The translations under genes were made by a program, and so were the position numbers. A model generated the notes under the pieces. It worked only from the letters and a program-made list of their open reading frames with translations, had not been told where the DNA came from and did not search any database. A stretch of 61,135 nt of DNA, the filler included. It is 7 parts of 7 records of this genome, joined end to end, with 100 filler letters (N's around TTAATTAATTAA, not from the genome) between each part and the next. Parts side by side here need not be neighbours in the genome. Positions count along the whole stretch, not along the records: positions 5,671 to 18,201 come from SRR31156797_1346; positions 18,302 to 26,810 come from SRR31156797_1347; 5 more parts are not named here. One strand, written 5' to 3'. This document shows positions 9,622 to 19,096 of this stretch, in pieces; the first letter of the stretch is position 1, and every line of letters starts with the position of its first letter.

Positions 9622-11970
9622 ATGAACTACTTAAAAATACTTGGAGCAAGTGGTAGTAAAACAAAACTTAAAGGAACTACCTCTTTTCAAGTTTTTAAAA
9701 GTATTGTAGTTGATGCTGGAAATGTAATCAACTCATTAAGCGATGAAACTCTTTTAATAAATCACATTTTTATCACTCACTCTCACTCTGACCACATAAC
9801 TGATTTACCTTTTATTATAGAAAGCTTTTATGAAAAAAGAGAAGAGACCCTAAAAGTATATGGTTCAAAAGAGACATTAAACTCTTTAAAAGAACATACT
9901 TTCAATGATAAAATCTGGCCAGACTTTACAAAAATTAATCTTCTTAACAGTGATAAAAAAGCTTTAGAGTTTATTGAAATCCATGAAGATGAAACAATAA
10001 AAATAGAAAACTATGAAATAACTGCAATAAAAGCTAATCATATAACTGGTGCATATGGATATCAAATTATAAAAGATGATGATACAGGGTATCTAATAAG
10101 TGGAGATACTTACTCAAATCCTAAAATGTGGGAAATTATAAATAATAACAGTAAAATCAAATGTCTTATTGTAGAGTGTTCATTCCCTTCTTATTTAGAA
10201 CAACTAGCTCAAACAAGTATGCATCTAACTCCAAAGCTATTAAAAGAGGATTTAAAAAATCTAAAAAGAGATGATGTACAAATATTCTTATATCACATTA
10301 AGCCCTCATATTTTGAAAAGATGGTTGAAGAAATCAATGAATATGAAATATTAAAAAATGGTGGAAAGATATTAAATGAAGGTGATATAATTCATATTGA
10401 CACAAAACAAATTGAGTCTGATATTATAAGCCAAAATAAATTTGAAAGAATCATGGATATAAACCTTCAACTTTCAAGTGAACTTGATAAAAGTGTACTT
10501 TTTGAAATGATTCTTACTCTTACAAGAGAACTAACTCACTGTGAAGCAGGTACACTATATATTCTATCAAGGGATAAAAAATCATTAGAGTTTAAAGTAG
10601 TTCAAAATGATCCATTAAATATTTTTATGGGAGGAACAAAAGATAATCTAACATGGGATTCATTGCCTTTATATTTAAATGATGGCTCAAAAAACAAAAG
10701 TATGGTTGCAGTAGTTGCAGCTTTAGAAAATAGAATTATTAATATTCCAGATGTTTACAATAATGAAGAGTATAACTTCCAAGGAACTAAAGATTTTGAT
10801 AAAACAACTGGTTATGAATCAAAAACAATGCTTGTAATTCCATTAGTAAATCATGAAGAAGATGTAATTGGAGTACTTCAACTTATAAACAAAACAAAAA
10901 TCTCAAAATCAAAAATTCCCTTTAATGAGGAAGATGAAAAAGTAATTAAAGCCTTAGCTTCACAAGCAGCAATGGCTTTAACAAATAGTTTTCTAATAAA
11001 TAGTTTAGAAGACTTTTTAAATGCTTTTGTGGCAACTATTGCACATGCAATTGATGCAAAATCAAAACATACTAGAAATCATATTGGAAGAGTTGCAAAA
11101 GTTGCAAACTATCTTGCTCAAGCAATACATGAAGATAAAACTATCTATAAAGATGTTAGTTATAGTGAAAATGATTTTAGACAAATTGAACTTGCAGCAT
11201 GGATGCATGATATTGGTAAAATCTCTATGCCTGAATCTGTTATTGACAAATCAACAAAACTAGAGAAAATGATAGATAGAATTGAGTTTATAGAAGAAAG
11301 AATTGAAATTTTAAAAAGAGATGAAGAGATAAAACTTCTTAAAAATGAAATTACAAAAGAAGAGTATGATAAAAATATCAAGAACTTCGATGATGATATT
11401 AAGTTTCTAAAAAAAGCTAATATTGGTGGTGAGTTCATGAAAGATGAAGATGTTCAAAGAGTTAAACTAATAGCTCAATATAAATACAAAAAAGAAGGAA
11501 AAGAGATAAACTTCTTATCTGAAGATGAAGAGTTTAACCTATGTATAAAAAAAGGAACTCTTACAAATGATGAAAAATCAATAATGAACTATCATGCCCA
11601 GCTTTCACTTGATATGTTATCATCTTTACCTTTCCCAAAAAAATATAAAGATGTATTAAATATAGCTGCAAACCACCATGAAAAACTAAATGGAAAAGGA
11701 TATCCAAGAGGATTAGATGAATCTCAATTAGCCTTAGAAGATAGAATTATGATTTTAGCTGATATCTTTGAAGCTTTAACATCTAATGATAGACCTTATA
11801 AAGATGCTAAAAAACTATCTGAAGTATTTAAAATACTCTCTTTTATGGCAAAAGATGGAGAAATAGATGGAGAGCTTTTAAAATTCTTCCATGAAAATAG
11901 TGTTTTACTAAAGTATGCGAAAGAAGAACTTTTTGATTATCAAGTTGATGAAAGTAAACTTTTATTTTAA
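9622..11970 (+). CDS. MBL-fold (class II cNMP PDE-like) + GAF + HD-GYP phosphodiesterase
   Basis: THSHSDH (HxHxDH); GAF segment (DKTTGYESKTMLVIPL...VIGVLQLINK); MHDIGK and HHEKLNGKGYP. Confidence 0.88.
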   Translation: MNYLKILGASGSKTKLKGTTSFQVFKSIVVDAGNVINSLSDETLLINHIFITHSHSDHITDLPFIIESFYEKREETLKVYGSKETLNSLKEHTFNDKIWPDFTKINLLNSDKKALEFIEIHEDETIKIENYEITAIKANHITGAYGYQIIKDDDTGYLISGDTYSNPKMWEIINNNSKIKCLIVECSFPSYLEQLAQTSMHLTPKLLKEDLKNLKRDDVQIFLYHIKPSYFEKMVEEINEYEILKNGGKILNEGDIIHIDTKQIESDIISQNKFERIMDINLQLSSELDKSVLFEMILTLTRELTHCEAGTLYILSRDKKSLEFKVVQNDPLNIFMGGTKDNLTWDSLPLYLNDGSKNKSMVAVVAALENRIINIPDVYNNEEYNFQGTKDFDKTTGYESKTMLVIPLVNHEEDVIGVLQLINKTKISKSKIPFNEEDEKVIKALASQAAMALTNSFLINSLEDFLNAFVATIAHAIDAKSKHTRNHIGRVAKVANYLAQAIHEDKTIYKDVSYSENDFRQIELAAWMHDIGKISMPESVIDKSTKLEKMIDRIEFIEERIEILKRDEEIKLLKNEITKEEYDKNIKNFDDDIKFLKKANIGGEFMKDEDVQRVKLIAQYKYKKEGKEINFLSEDEEFNLCIKKGTLTNDEKSIMNYHAQLSLDMLSSLPFPKKYKDVLNIAANHHEKLNGKGYPRGLDESQLALEDRIMILADIFEALTSNDRPYKDAKKLSEVFKILSFMAKDGEIDGELLKFFHENSVLLKYAKEELFDYQVDESKLLF

Positions 11971-14150
11971 TGAATAAATATAGAAAAAAAGCAATAAAGA
12001 AATTTTTACTATACTTTTTTGTATCAATTATTATTGCAGTTTTTTCTTCTTCAATTTATATTTTCTTGCCTAAACTACCTGATTCTATTGATAATAGATT
12101 ACGAGATACTCTTTTTAATATAAGAGGTGAAATTCCAAATACAGATAATGTAATTATCATAGACATAGATGAAAAATCGTTGAGTAAACTAGGTCAATGG
12201 CCTTGGCAAAGAAATAAAATTACTAAAATATTAGAAAACCTAACACAAAATGAAATAGGACTAATAGCTTTTGATATTGTTTTTGCAGAAGAAGATAATA
12301 GTTCTCCCCACAAAATATTTGAAGAATACAATATCAAAAAAGAAAACATTCCAAACTATGATTTAGAGTTTGCAAAAACAGTTGCGACAACTCCAACAAT
12401 ACTTGGGTATATTTTTGAACTAGAAGACAAAGAACACTTAGCTCAAGGGTCACCTGAAATACCAGCAATAATTGTTGAAAGAAATAAACAACTAGGAGTT
12501 GAGTCTTTAATTAAAGCCCATGGAACAATTTTAAATATCCCAATTTTACAAAACAACTCTTATAGTAGTGGTTTTTTTAATAATATCCCTGATGACTCAG
12601 GAATTGTAAGAAGTGTACCCCTTGTTATCTCTTATGATGATGTTATCTATCCTTCATTATCCTTAGAGATTTTAAGAGTAATAACTCAAACAAATAAAGT
12701 AGTTGTTAATTATGATGAGCAAGGAATTGAAAATATCTCTTTAGGAGATTTGCAAATTCCAACTGACAGACATGGAAGAATTTTAGTTAACTTTAGAGGA
12801 AAAGAAGGTAATTTTAAATATTACTCTGCAATTGATATTTATGAAAATAAAATTGATAAAAAAGAGTTAGAAGGTAAAATTGCACTTATAGGAACTTCTG
12901 CAGCAGGATTGCTTGATTTAAGAGCAACTCCTTTTGAATCAATTTATCCAGGGGTTGAAGTTCATGCAAATGTTATTGACAATATTATAAAAGGTGATTT
13001 TATTTATAAAGCTTCTTGGATAGATGGGGCAAATATCACTTTAATATTTTTCCTTTCTATTATCACTGTACTTATGATTACTTATACTGCTTTTTGGTTT
13101 AAACCTATAGGTACTATTTTTTTACTATGTGGTTTTGGAGTATTTAGTTATTATGTTCTTTTTACTCATGGAATTGTTCTAAATATATTTTTTCCATTGG
13201 CTACAATTATTTTTGCAGCTGTTATTACCACCTTGTTTGACTACTTTTACGAGATAAAACAAGAGGAAGCTATAAAAAAGAAATTTGCATCAAAAGTATC
13301 AAAAGAGGTAATGGACAACCTTCTTAAAAATATTGATAGTAATGAGTTTCAAGCTATGGAAAAAGAAGTAACGGTCTTTTTTAGTGATGTAAGAGGTTTT
13401 ACAAATATCTCAGAACAAATGAATGATGCTAAAAAACTTATTTCATACCTAAATCAATATATGGAACCTATGAGTAATATAATTACAAAATATGAAGGAA
13501 CTATTGATAAATATATTGGTGATGCAATTATGGCTTACTGGAATGCTCCAGCAGAGGTAAAAAACCATGCTGATAAAGCTGTTAGTGCATCTTTATATCA
13601 AATAAAAGAGCTTGAACCTCTAAATAAAAAACTGCAAGAAGAGAATAAACCTTTATTAGATATTGGTATTGGATTAAATACTGGTCTTGCTATCGTTGGA
13701 GAAATGGGAAGTTCTTTAAGAAGTGATTATACTGTTATTGGAGATACAATTAATCTAGGTGCAAGATTAGAATCTCTTTGTAAATATTATGATTCAAAAC
13801 TAAATATTTCAAACTTTACAAAAGAAAAACTAGAAAAAGAGTATATCTTTAGATTCTTAGATTATGTAAAAGTAAAAGGCAAAAACAAACCTGTAGAGAT
13901 TTGGCAAGTTATTGATTTTGGAAATGCAGATAAAGTATTACAAGAAGAGTTAGACTTACACCACAAAGCAATAGAACTATATAAAAACTCAAACTTTAAA
14001 GAAGCACTAGAGATATTCGAAAAGTTAGAAAACAATGAAAATAAAACAAATGAAAAGATATATAAAATATATATAAAAAGATGTAAAGAGTTTATATTAA
14101 CTCCACCAAAAGATTTTGATGGAGTTTATAAACACAATACAAAAGCTTAA
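11970..14150 (+). CDS. CHASE2-domain class III adenylate cyclase
   Basis: IIIDIDEKSL..LGQWPW and YPGVEVHA (CHASE2); TM helices; FSDVRGFT, DKYIGDAIMA, DYTVIGDTINLGARLE; TAATG overlap with upstream gene. Confidence 0.93.
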   Translation: MNKYRKKAIKKFLLYFFVSIIIAVFSSSIYIFLPKLPDSIDNRLRDTLFNIRGEIPNTDNVIIIDIDEKSLSKLGQWPWQRNKITKILENLTQNEIGLIAFDIVFAEEDNSSPHKIFEEYNIKKENIPNYDLEFAKTVATTPTILGYIFELEDKEHLAQGSPEIPAIIVERNKQLGVESLIKAHGTILNIPILQNNSYSSGFFNNIPDDSGIVRSVPLVISYDDVIYPSLSLEILRVITQTNKVVVNYDEQGIENISLGDLQIPTDRHGRILVNFRGKEGNFKYYSAIDIYENKIDKKELEGKIALIGTSAAGLLDLRATPFESIYPGVEVHANVIDNIIKGDFIYKASWIDGANITLIFFLSIITVLMITYTAFWFKPIGTIFLLCGFGVFSYYVLFTHGIVLNIFFPLATIIFAAVITTLFDYFYEIKQEEAIKKKFASKVSKEVMDNLLKNIDSNEFQAMEKEVTVFFSDVRGFTNISEQMNDAKKLISYLNQYMEPMSNIITKYEGTIDKYIGDAIMAYWNAPAEVKNHADKAVSASLYQIKELEPLNKKLQEENKPLLDIGIGLNTGLAIVGEMGSSLRSDYTVIGDTINLGARLESLCKYYDSKLNISNFTKEKLEKEYIFRFLDYVKVKGKNKPVEIWQVIDFGNADKVLQEELDLHHKAIELYKNSNFKEALEIFEKLENNENKTNEKIYKIYIKRCKEFILTPPKDFDGVYKHNTKA

Positions 14151-15454
14151 AAGCTATAAGACAAATTTGTATTTAAGATATATTTATCATATTCGTATGA
14201 ATCATGATTTGAGTTAAGATCTATTATTTTTCCACCCACTTTTAAAGATAAACTTTCAGAAATAGGTTTATGAAGCGATACAGAATAGTTGTAGCTTTTA
14301 TTTTCTCTTTTTGACTGATAATTTATATCATCATCTAAGTAATCAGTTTTTTTATACGAGATTGATGTTCTAAGAATTGAGTCATCAAAAATATTATAAC
14401 TATTTTGAAGAGATAAAGAATAAAATTCTCTAGATACATCTGTTCTTTCAGTATATAACCTTAACTCTTTTCCTAAAAGAAGACTAAAGTTAAAAATACC
14501 AAATTGTTCACTTGAATATCTTAATGAGTTTAAAAAAGAGTAATGATTGGAACTTCTTTCTTTTTCCCCTGTATAGTTAACCTTACCTAGTTTTAAAGAG
14601 GTAGTATAAAGTAGGTCTTCAGATAAAATCTTTTTGTAGCTAGGATTTAAGTAATAATTACTTTGGTATTTTTCATGTCCAGAATAAACTAAATCATATA
14701 AAACACCTAATGAATAACTATAATCACTTTTATAAACTGTTGGGCTAACATTTAAAGATAATACATGTAAATCTTTCTCTTTAAAATTATTATACTTCAT
14801 AAATAAAGGAACTAGAGTTGTATTTAATATAAAATCATCTGATATTCTATATCTATGTAATATAGGTGCTGCAACTTGAAAAACAGTAGCAGACTGCTCT
14901 TTTGAATTATTATCAACTGTGATATTTGTATCTAAAACAGGACTATAGATATCAAAAGTTTTTGAATCTGAACTTGAATTTACATTTGAGTCATACATAA
15001 TTCCAAATAGAAGAGAAGTATTTAAAATAGAGTTTTTATTAGTTGATTCAAGGGATTTTATCTTTTTGTTTACTACTTCTTTAAGATTAAGAGGTATATC
15101 TTCATTAGATACAGACTTGAACTCATTTAAAGCCTGTTCATATAACTTCATCTTTAAATATGTTTGTGCTAACTCAATTTTAACCTCAGCATTATTTGGT
15201 TCATTAAATAAAATTCTTTCATAAACACTTGATGCATACTCATAATTACCAAGTTCATAAGCACTTCTTCCCAAATAAAAGTTAACAAGAGTATTATTTG
15301 ATTTTTCATAAGCTAAAGAATCTAATATTTCATAAGCTTTTTGATAATTTCCTTCTTTAAAACTTTTTAATGCACTATCATAGCTTTGATTTGTATTTGC
15401 ATTTGCATTTGCAAAAGTATAAAGAAGTGAACTTATAATTAATATTTTTTTCAT
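14147..15454 (-). CDS. TPR + outer-membrane beta-barrel protein (DUF560/Slam-like architecture)
   Basis: Signal peptide MKKILII, TPR helices (FYLGRSAYELGNYEYA), aromatic-rich beta region, terminal LSYSF. Confidence 0.78.
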   Translation of the reverse strand: MKKILIISSLLYTFANANANTNQSYDSALKSFKEGNYQKAYEILDSLAYEKSNNTLVNFYLGRSAYELGNYEYASSVYERILFNEPNNAEVKIELAQTYLKMKLYEQALNEFKSVSNEDIPLNLKEVVNKKIKSLESTNKNSILNTSLLFGIMYDSNVNSSSDSKTFDIYSPVLDTNITVDNNSKEQSATVFQVAAPILHRYRISDDFILNTTLVPLFMKYNNFKEKDLHVLSLNVSPTVYKSDYSYSLGVLYDLVYSGHEKYQSNYYLNPSYKKILSEDLLYTTSLKLGKVNYTGEKERSSNHYSFLNSLRYSSEQFGIFNFSLLLGKELRLYTERTDVSREFYSLSLQNSYNIFDDSILRTSISYKKTDYLDDDINYQSKRENKSYNYSVSLHKPISESLSLKVGGKIIDLNSNHDSYEYDKYILNTNLSYSF

Positions 15455-15468
15455 TTGTAATCTCATCA

Positions 15469-16284
15469 TTAAGGGCTCTGATTCTCTACAGGATCTTGAT
15501 TTTCTACAGGAGTTTGGTTTTGGATTTCTTCAACCTTCTCATCAATATCTACATCCAATACATCTCTATTGTCTTCAAAACTTTGTTGTTCTACTATATC
15601 TTGAATAGGTATTGTATTATCAAATGAAGATGGTATTATTTCTCTTTTTATTTTATTTGTTGGATTAGCTTTTAAAAGTTGCTCTCCTTCTAGTTTAAAG
15701 CCTTCATCTAATTTATCAAGAGCGTCTTCATTAAATGGTTTTACTTCTAATCTACTAACTGGAGTACCCTTTTTAAATAGTTCTACAAAATGACCTTGAG
15801 GAACAAATACACTTTCACCTGTTCTATTGCTAATTATTATAATCTCATTTCTTAGACAACTTATAATCTCTTCATTACCCAAAATAATAGTTCCTCGAAT
15901 ACCAATTGTTGCATTTTTTGTTCTTAGTTTAAACTTCTCTCTATTTATTTTCCCTATATTTCCAGAGATTGTTTTAAATGCACCCTTAAAAAAATTCAAG
16001 TCTGTTTTTGAGTTTTTTGGATTATTTGTATCATAGACATATTCATTTATATCTAATGCAGAGTTCTTACCAATAGTAACAACTGTTTTATCATTAAAAA
16101 CAATTTGTACTTTTGCATTTTTCTGAGTGTAGATTATGTCTTTTTCTTCTAAGACTACCCCCACTTTTACCGTTATACTATCATTTCCTCTTTTAACATT
16201 GGCATCTCCAACAACTGCTGAGATTTTACCAATATTTGCAAAAGCCGAAATAAATAGTAACATCAGTCCAATTATAATTTTCAC
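15469..16284 (-). CDS. Exported FecR-domain protein
   Basis: Signal peptide; IGKISAVVGDA and TKNATIGIRGT; acidic tail ending in two PVENQ repeats. Confidence 0.85.
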   Translation of the reverse strand: MKIIIGLMLLFISAFANIGKISAVVGDANVKRGNDSITVKVGVVLEEKDIIYTQKNAKVQIVFNDKTVVTIGKNSALDINEYVYDTNNPKNSKTDLNFFKGAFKTISGNIGKINREKFKLRTKNATIGIRGTIILGNEEIISCLRNEIIIISNRTGESVFVPQGHFVELFKKGTPVSRLEVKPFNEDALDKLDEGFKLEGEQLLKANPTNKIKREIIPSSFDNTIPIQDIVEQQSFEDNRDVLDVDIDEKVEEIQNQTPVENQDPVENQSP

Positions 16285-16379
16285 TTTGTGCCCTTTTTAA
16301 ATAAATACATTATTTTATCTAATTTTTTCAAAAAATAAAAATTTCATAGGTTATTTTATAATTAATTTAACGATTATTC

Positions 16380-17161
16380 TTAAAGCTGAGAGATATACTG
16401 TAAGGGAGTGAGTCCATATACTTTTTTAAAATTACGATTATAATGAGAAAGGTCAGTAAAACCAAACTCAACTACTGCAGCGTAAATATCTTTTGTGATT
16501 TCCAAATATTTTTTTGAGTGAACTACTTTTGCATTTAGAAAAACTGATATGGTGTTATTCCTGTATTTGCTTTAAAAAGTCTTATAAATTCAAACTTTGA
16601 AAGGCTTAGTTTCTTTGCAATATCCTCTAAATATAAAACATTGTCTAATTCATAATATATCATCTCTTTTGCTTTTTTAATAAGTTGATTTTCATTTTTA
16701 TAATTATTTAAAAAAAGCTCTTTTGATGAAAAGTTATCCACTAATTCTAAATATAACTCATTGCATAAAGCATCATCATAATTGTTTAAAACTGCTTTTG
16801 ATAGATTTAAAATATCTACTTTCAATTTATCTTTGTAAACAATTGGCTCAGAAAAAGTCACTATATCTTTTTGATTAATGCCTTCTAAAAATAGCTCTGG
16901 TTTGATATAAAGCATGACATAATCAATACCTTCTTTATAGTTCCCTGCTTTTCCATCATGCACTTGCTCTGGATTAAAAAGCATTACACCATTTGCATAA
17001 GAAGCCTTTGACCAACCTTCTAACTTATACTCTTGAACACCCCTAAGTGTCACTCCAAGAGCATACTCTTCATGGGCATGTTTTTTATAAGAAAATTTGT
17101 TCATCTTTGCAGATAGTGCAGTTATACCTAATTCACTGTTTTTATATATAAATTTATCCAT
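16380..17161 (-). pseudogene. AraC-family regulator with a 1-nt frameshift
   Basis: ORF stops at GITPYQFF*; the second HTH (FGFTDLSHYNRNFKKVYGLTPLQY) continues in another frame to the stop at 16380; shift lies in a T5 run at 16539-16543. Confidence 0.85.
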
Positions 17162-17337
17162 CTTTATACTTGTTAATTGTTTTTTGTATTTTACTAAATT
17201 TTATTTTCTTCTCATAGTATATTATTGCAAAGCTTCATAATATACAATTTTAACTACTTTTTAGATATTATATCTACCTTTAAATAGATTATTAAACAGA
17301 CTTAAAACTTAAAAAGTCTTAGGAGAAATATAAGCTT

Positions 17338-18201
17338 ATGGCGTTAATAGACTTACAAAACATTTCAAAGCAATATGATGTAAAAACAATACTTAAAGAT
17401 GCAAACTTCACTTTATTAGAAGGTCAAAGAATAGCTGTAATTGGTCAAAATGGACAAGGGAAATCAACACTTTTTAAAATCATTATGAATCAAGTTGAAC
17501 CTGACCATGGCGAAATATCTATTGACAAGTCTTTAAAAATAGAGATGCTTGACCAACAACCAAAATTTAAAGCAGGTCTTAAAGTAAGAGATGCCATTGA
17601 AGCACAACTTGCAGAGATAAAAGATGCAAAAAAAGAGTATGAAGAATTAACTTTAAAACTAGCAACAGATTATGAAAATCAAGAGTTAATAAAAAGACAA
17701 AGTCAACTTGCTACTTTTATCGACTTTCATAATGCTTGGGATTTAGATAATACAATTGAAAGAGTGTTAAAAGAGTTTCAATTAAAACAGTATGAACACA
17801 AAGATGTAAATCTTTTAAGTGGAGGAGAGCAAAGAAGAGTAAGCTTAGCTGGTTTGCTTCTTAAAAAACCTGATATTTTACTCCTTGATGAGCCTACAAA
17901 CCACCTTGATGTTTATATGGTTGAGTTCTTAGAGAGTCTTCTTTTAAAAAACAACTTTACTCTACTTTTCATTTCACACGATAGATATTTTATTGATAAT
18001 ATTGCAACTTCAGTTGTAGAAGTTGAAGGTGGAAATCTAAAAAGATTTGATGGTGGATACTCTTCATATTTAGAACAAAAGCAACAAATGCTTGAAAATA
18101 TGCAAAAAGACCATGAAAACCTTCTTCGACTTGTAAAAAGAGAAGCTCACTGGATGCAAAGAGGTGTTACGGCTAGAAGAAAAAGAAATGAAAGAAGAAA
18201 A
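17338..18201 (+). CDS. ABC-F ATPase (Uup-like), 3'-truncated
   Basis: GQNGQGKST, LSGGEQRR, LLLDEPTNHLD, ISHDRYF, GVTARRKRN. Confidence 0.9.
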
Positions 18202-18301
18202 NNNNNNNNNNNNNNNNNNNNNNNNNNNNNNNNNNNNNNNNNNNNTTAATTAATTAANNNNNNNNNNNNNNNNNNNNNNNNNNNNNNNNNNNNNNNNNNN
18301 N
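18202..18301. other. Artificial contig spacer
   Basis: N44-TTAATTAATTAA-N44. Confidence 0.98.
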
Positions 18302-18986
18302 CACAGGTTTCAGGCGCCTGGCAGTCATTGTCATCAACACAGCCAATGGTCAGATCGACAATATCGATCATGCCCAGCCCCAGTGTCGGTGTGGTCGTTA
18401 CCGCAGAATCACATGTCACACTTCCCGTGTCATATTCGTACTGCAGAGCAATCTGAGTTGGCGCTGCTGCTCCTGTCGCTCCTGCCTGAAAGGAAAAACT
18501 GGCGAGCAGCTTGCCTTCCGGCTCCAATGTGATTGGATTGAATGGGTTATACACCCAGGAATACATTCCATCCCCGTCTGACGGAGGAGAGGATTCATTG
18601 GGTGCACAAGCGCCTCCCGGAACCGGGAAATGCGAATTCAACCTTGGGATTGCACCCGTATGATCCAGGCCCATAAGAGCGACCTTCTGTGGATCCCATT
18701 CAAAATACATATTGGTTGTCTGAAAGACGACGGCCTCATCAGACCGGACATACAACCCGATTTTGAACTCTTCTCCCGGGAGGATCACATCAACAGGCAC
18801 ATCCCAGTAATAATCCACACCCGGATTGGAAGTTTCACTTCTTCCGGAAAGGGCCTGTGGCTGGGGTTTCGTGTCAATCGATTCAGTTTCAGAAGCACAG
18901 GAAAACGAAGAAAACGATAACACCACCATTGAAACACACATGGCAACTGCGCCCGCCCTGCAAATGACCCTTTTGTTCATGAACAT
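18302..18986 (-). CDS. Secreted cohesin-like protein with Cys-rich continuation, 3'-truncated
   Basis: Signal peptide; PGEEFKIGLYV...FEWDPQKVALMG...LLASFSFQA cohesin-like pattern; GCVDDNDC repeat start; GGGAG SD before the ATG at 18986. Confidence 0.6.
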
Positions 18987-19027
18987 AGTCAATCTCCCTT
19001 GCACGTATACGCAGACCAAACGTCAGA

Positions 19028-19058
19028 TTCGGGGTGACGCCCAAGGCGCCACCCCGAA
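19028..19058 (-). promoter_or_regulatory. Intercistronic GC-rich stem-loop
   Basis: Minus strand TTCGGGGTGGCGCC-TTG-GGCGTCACCCCGAA, 14-bp stem with one G-U pair; no U tract. Confidence 0.7.
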
Positions 19059-19096
19059 ACAGTTCCAACTTCGACTACGATGTCGAAGCTTACAAT

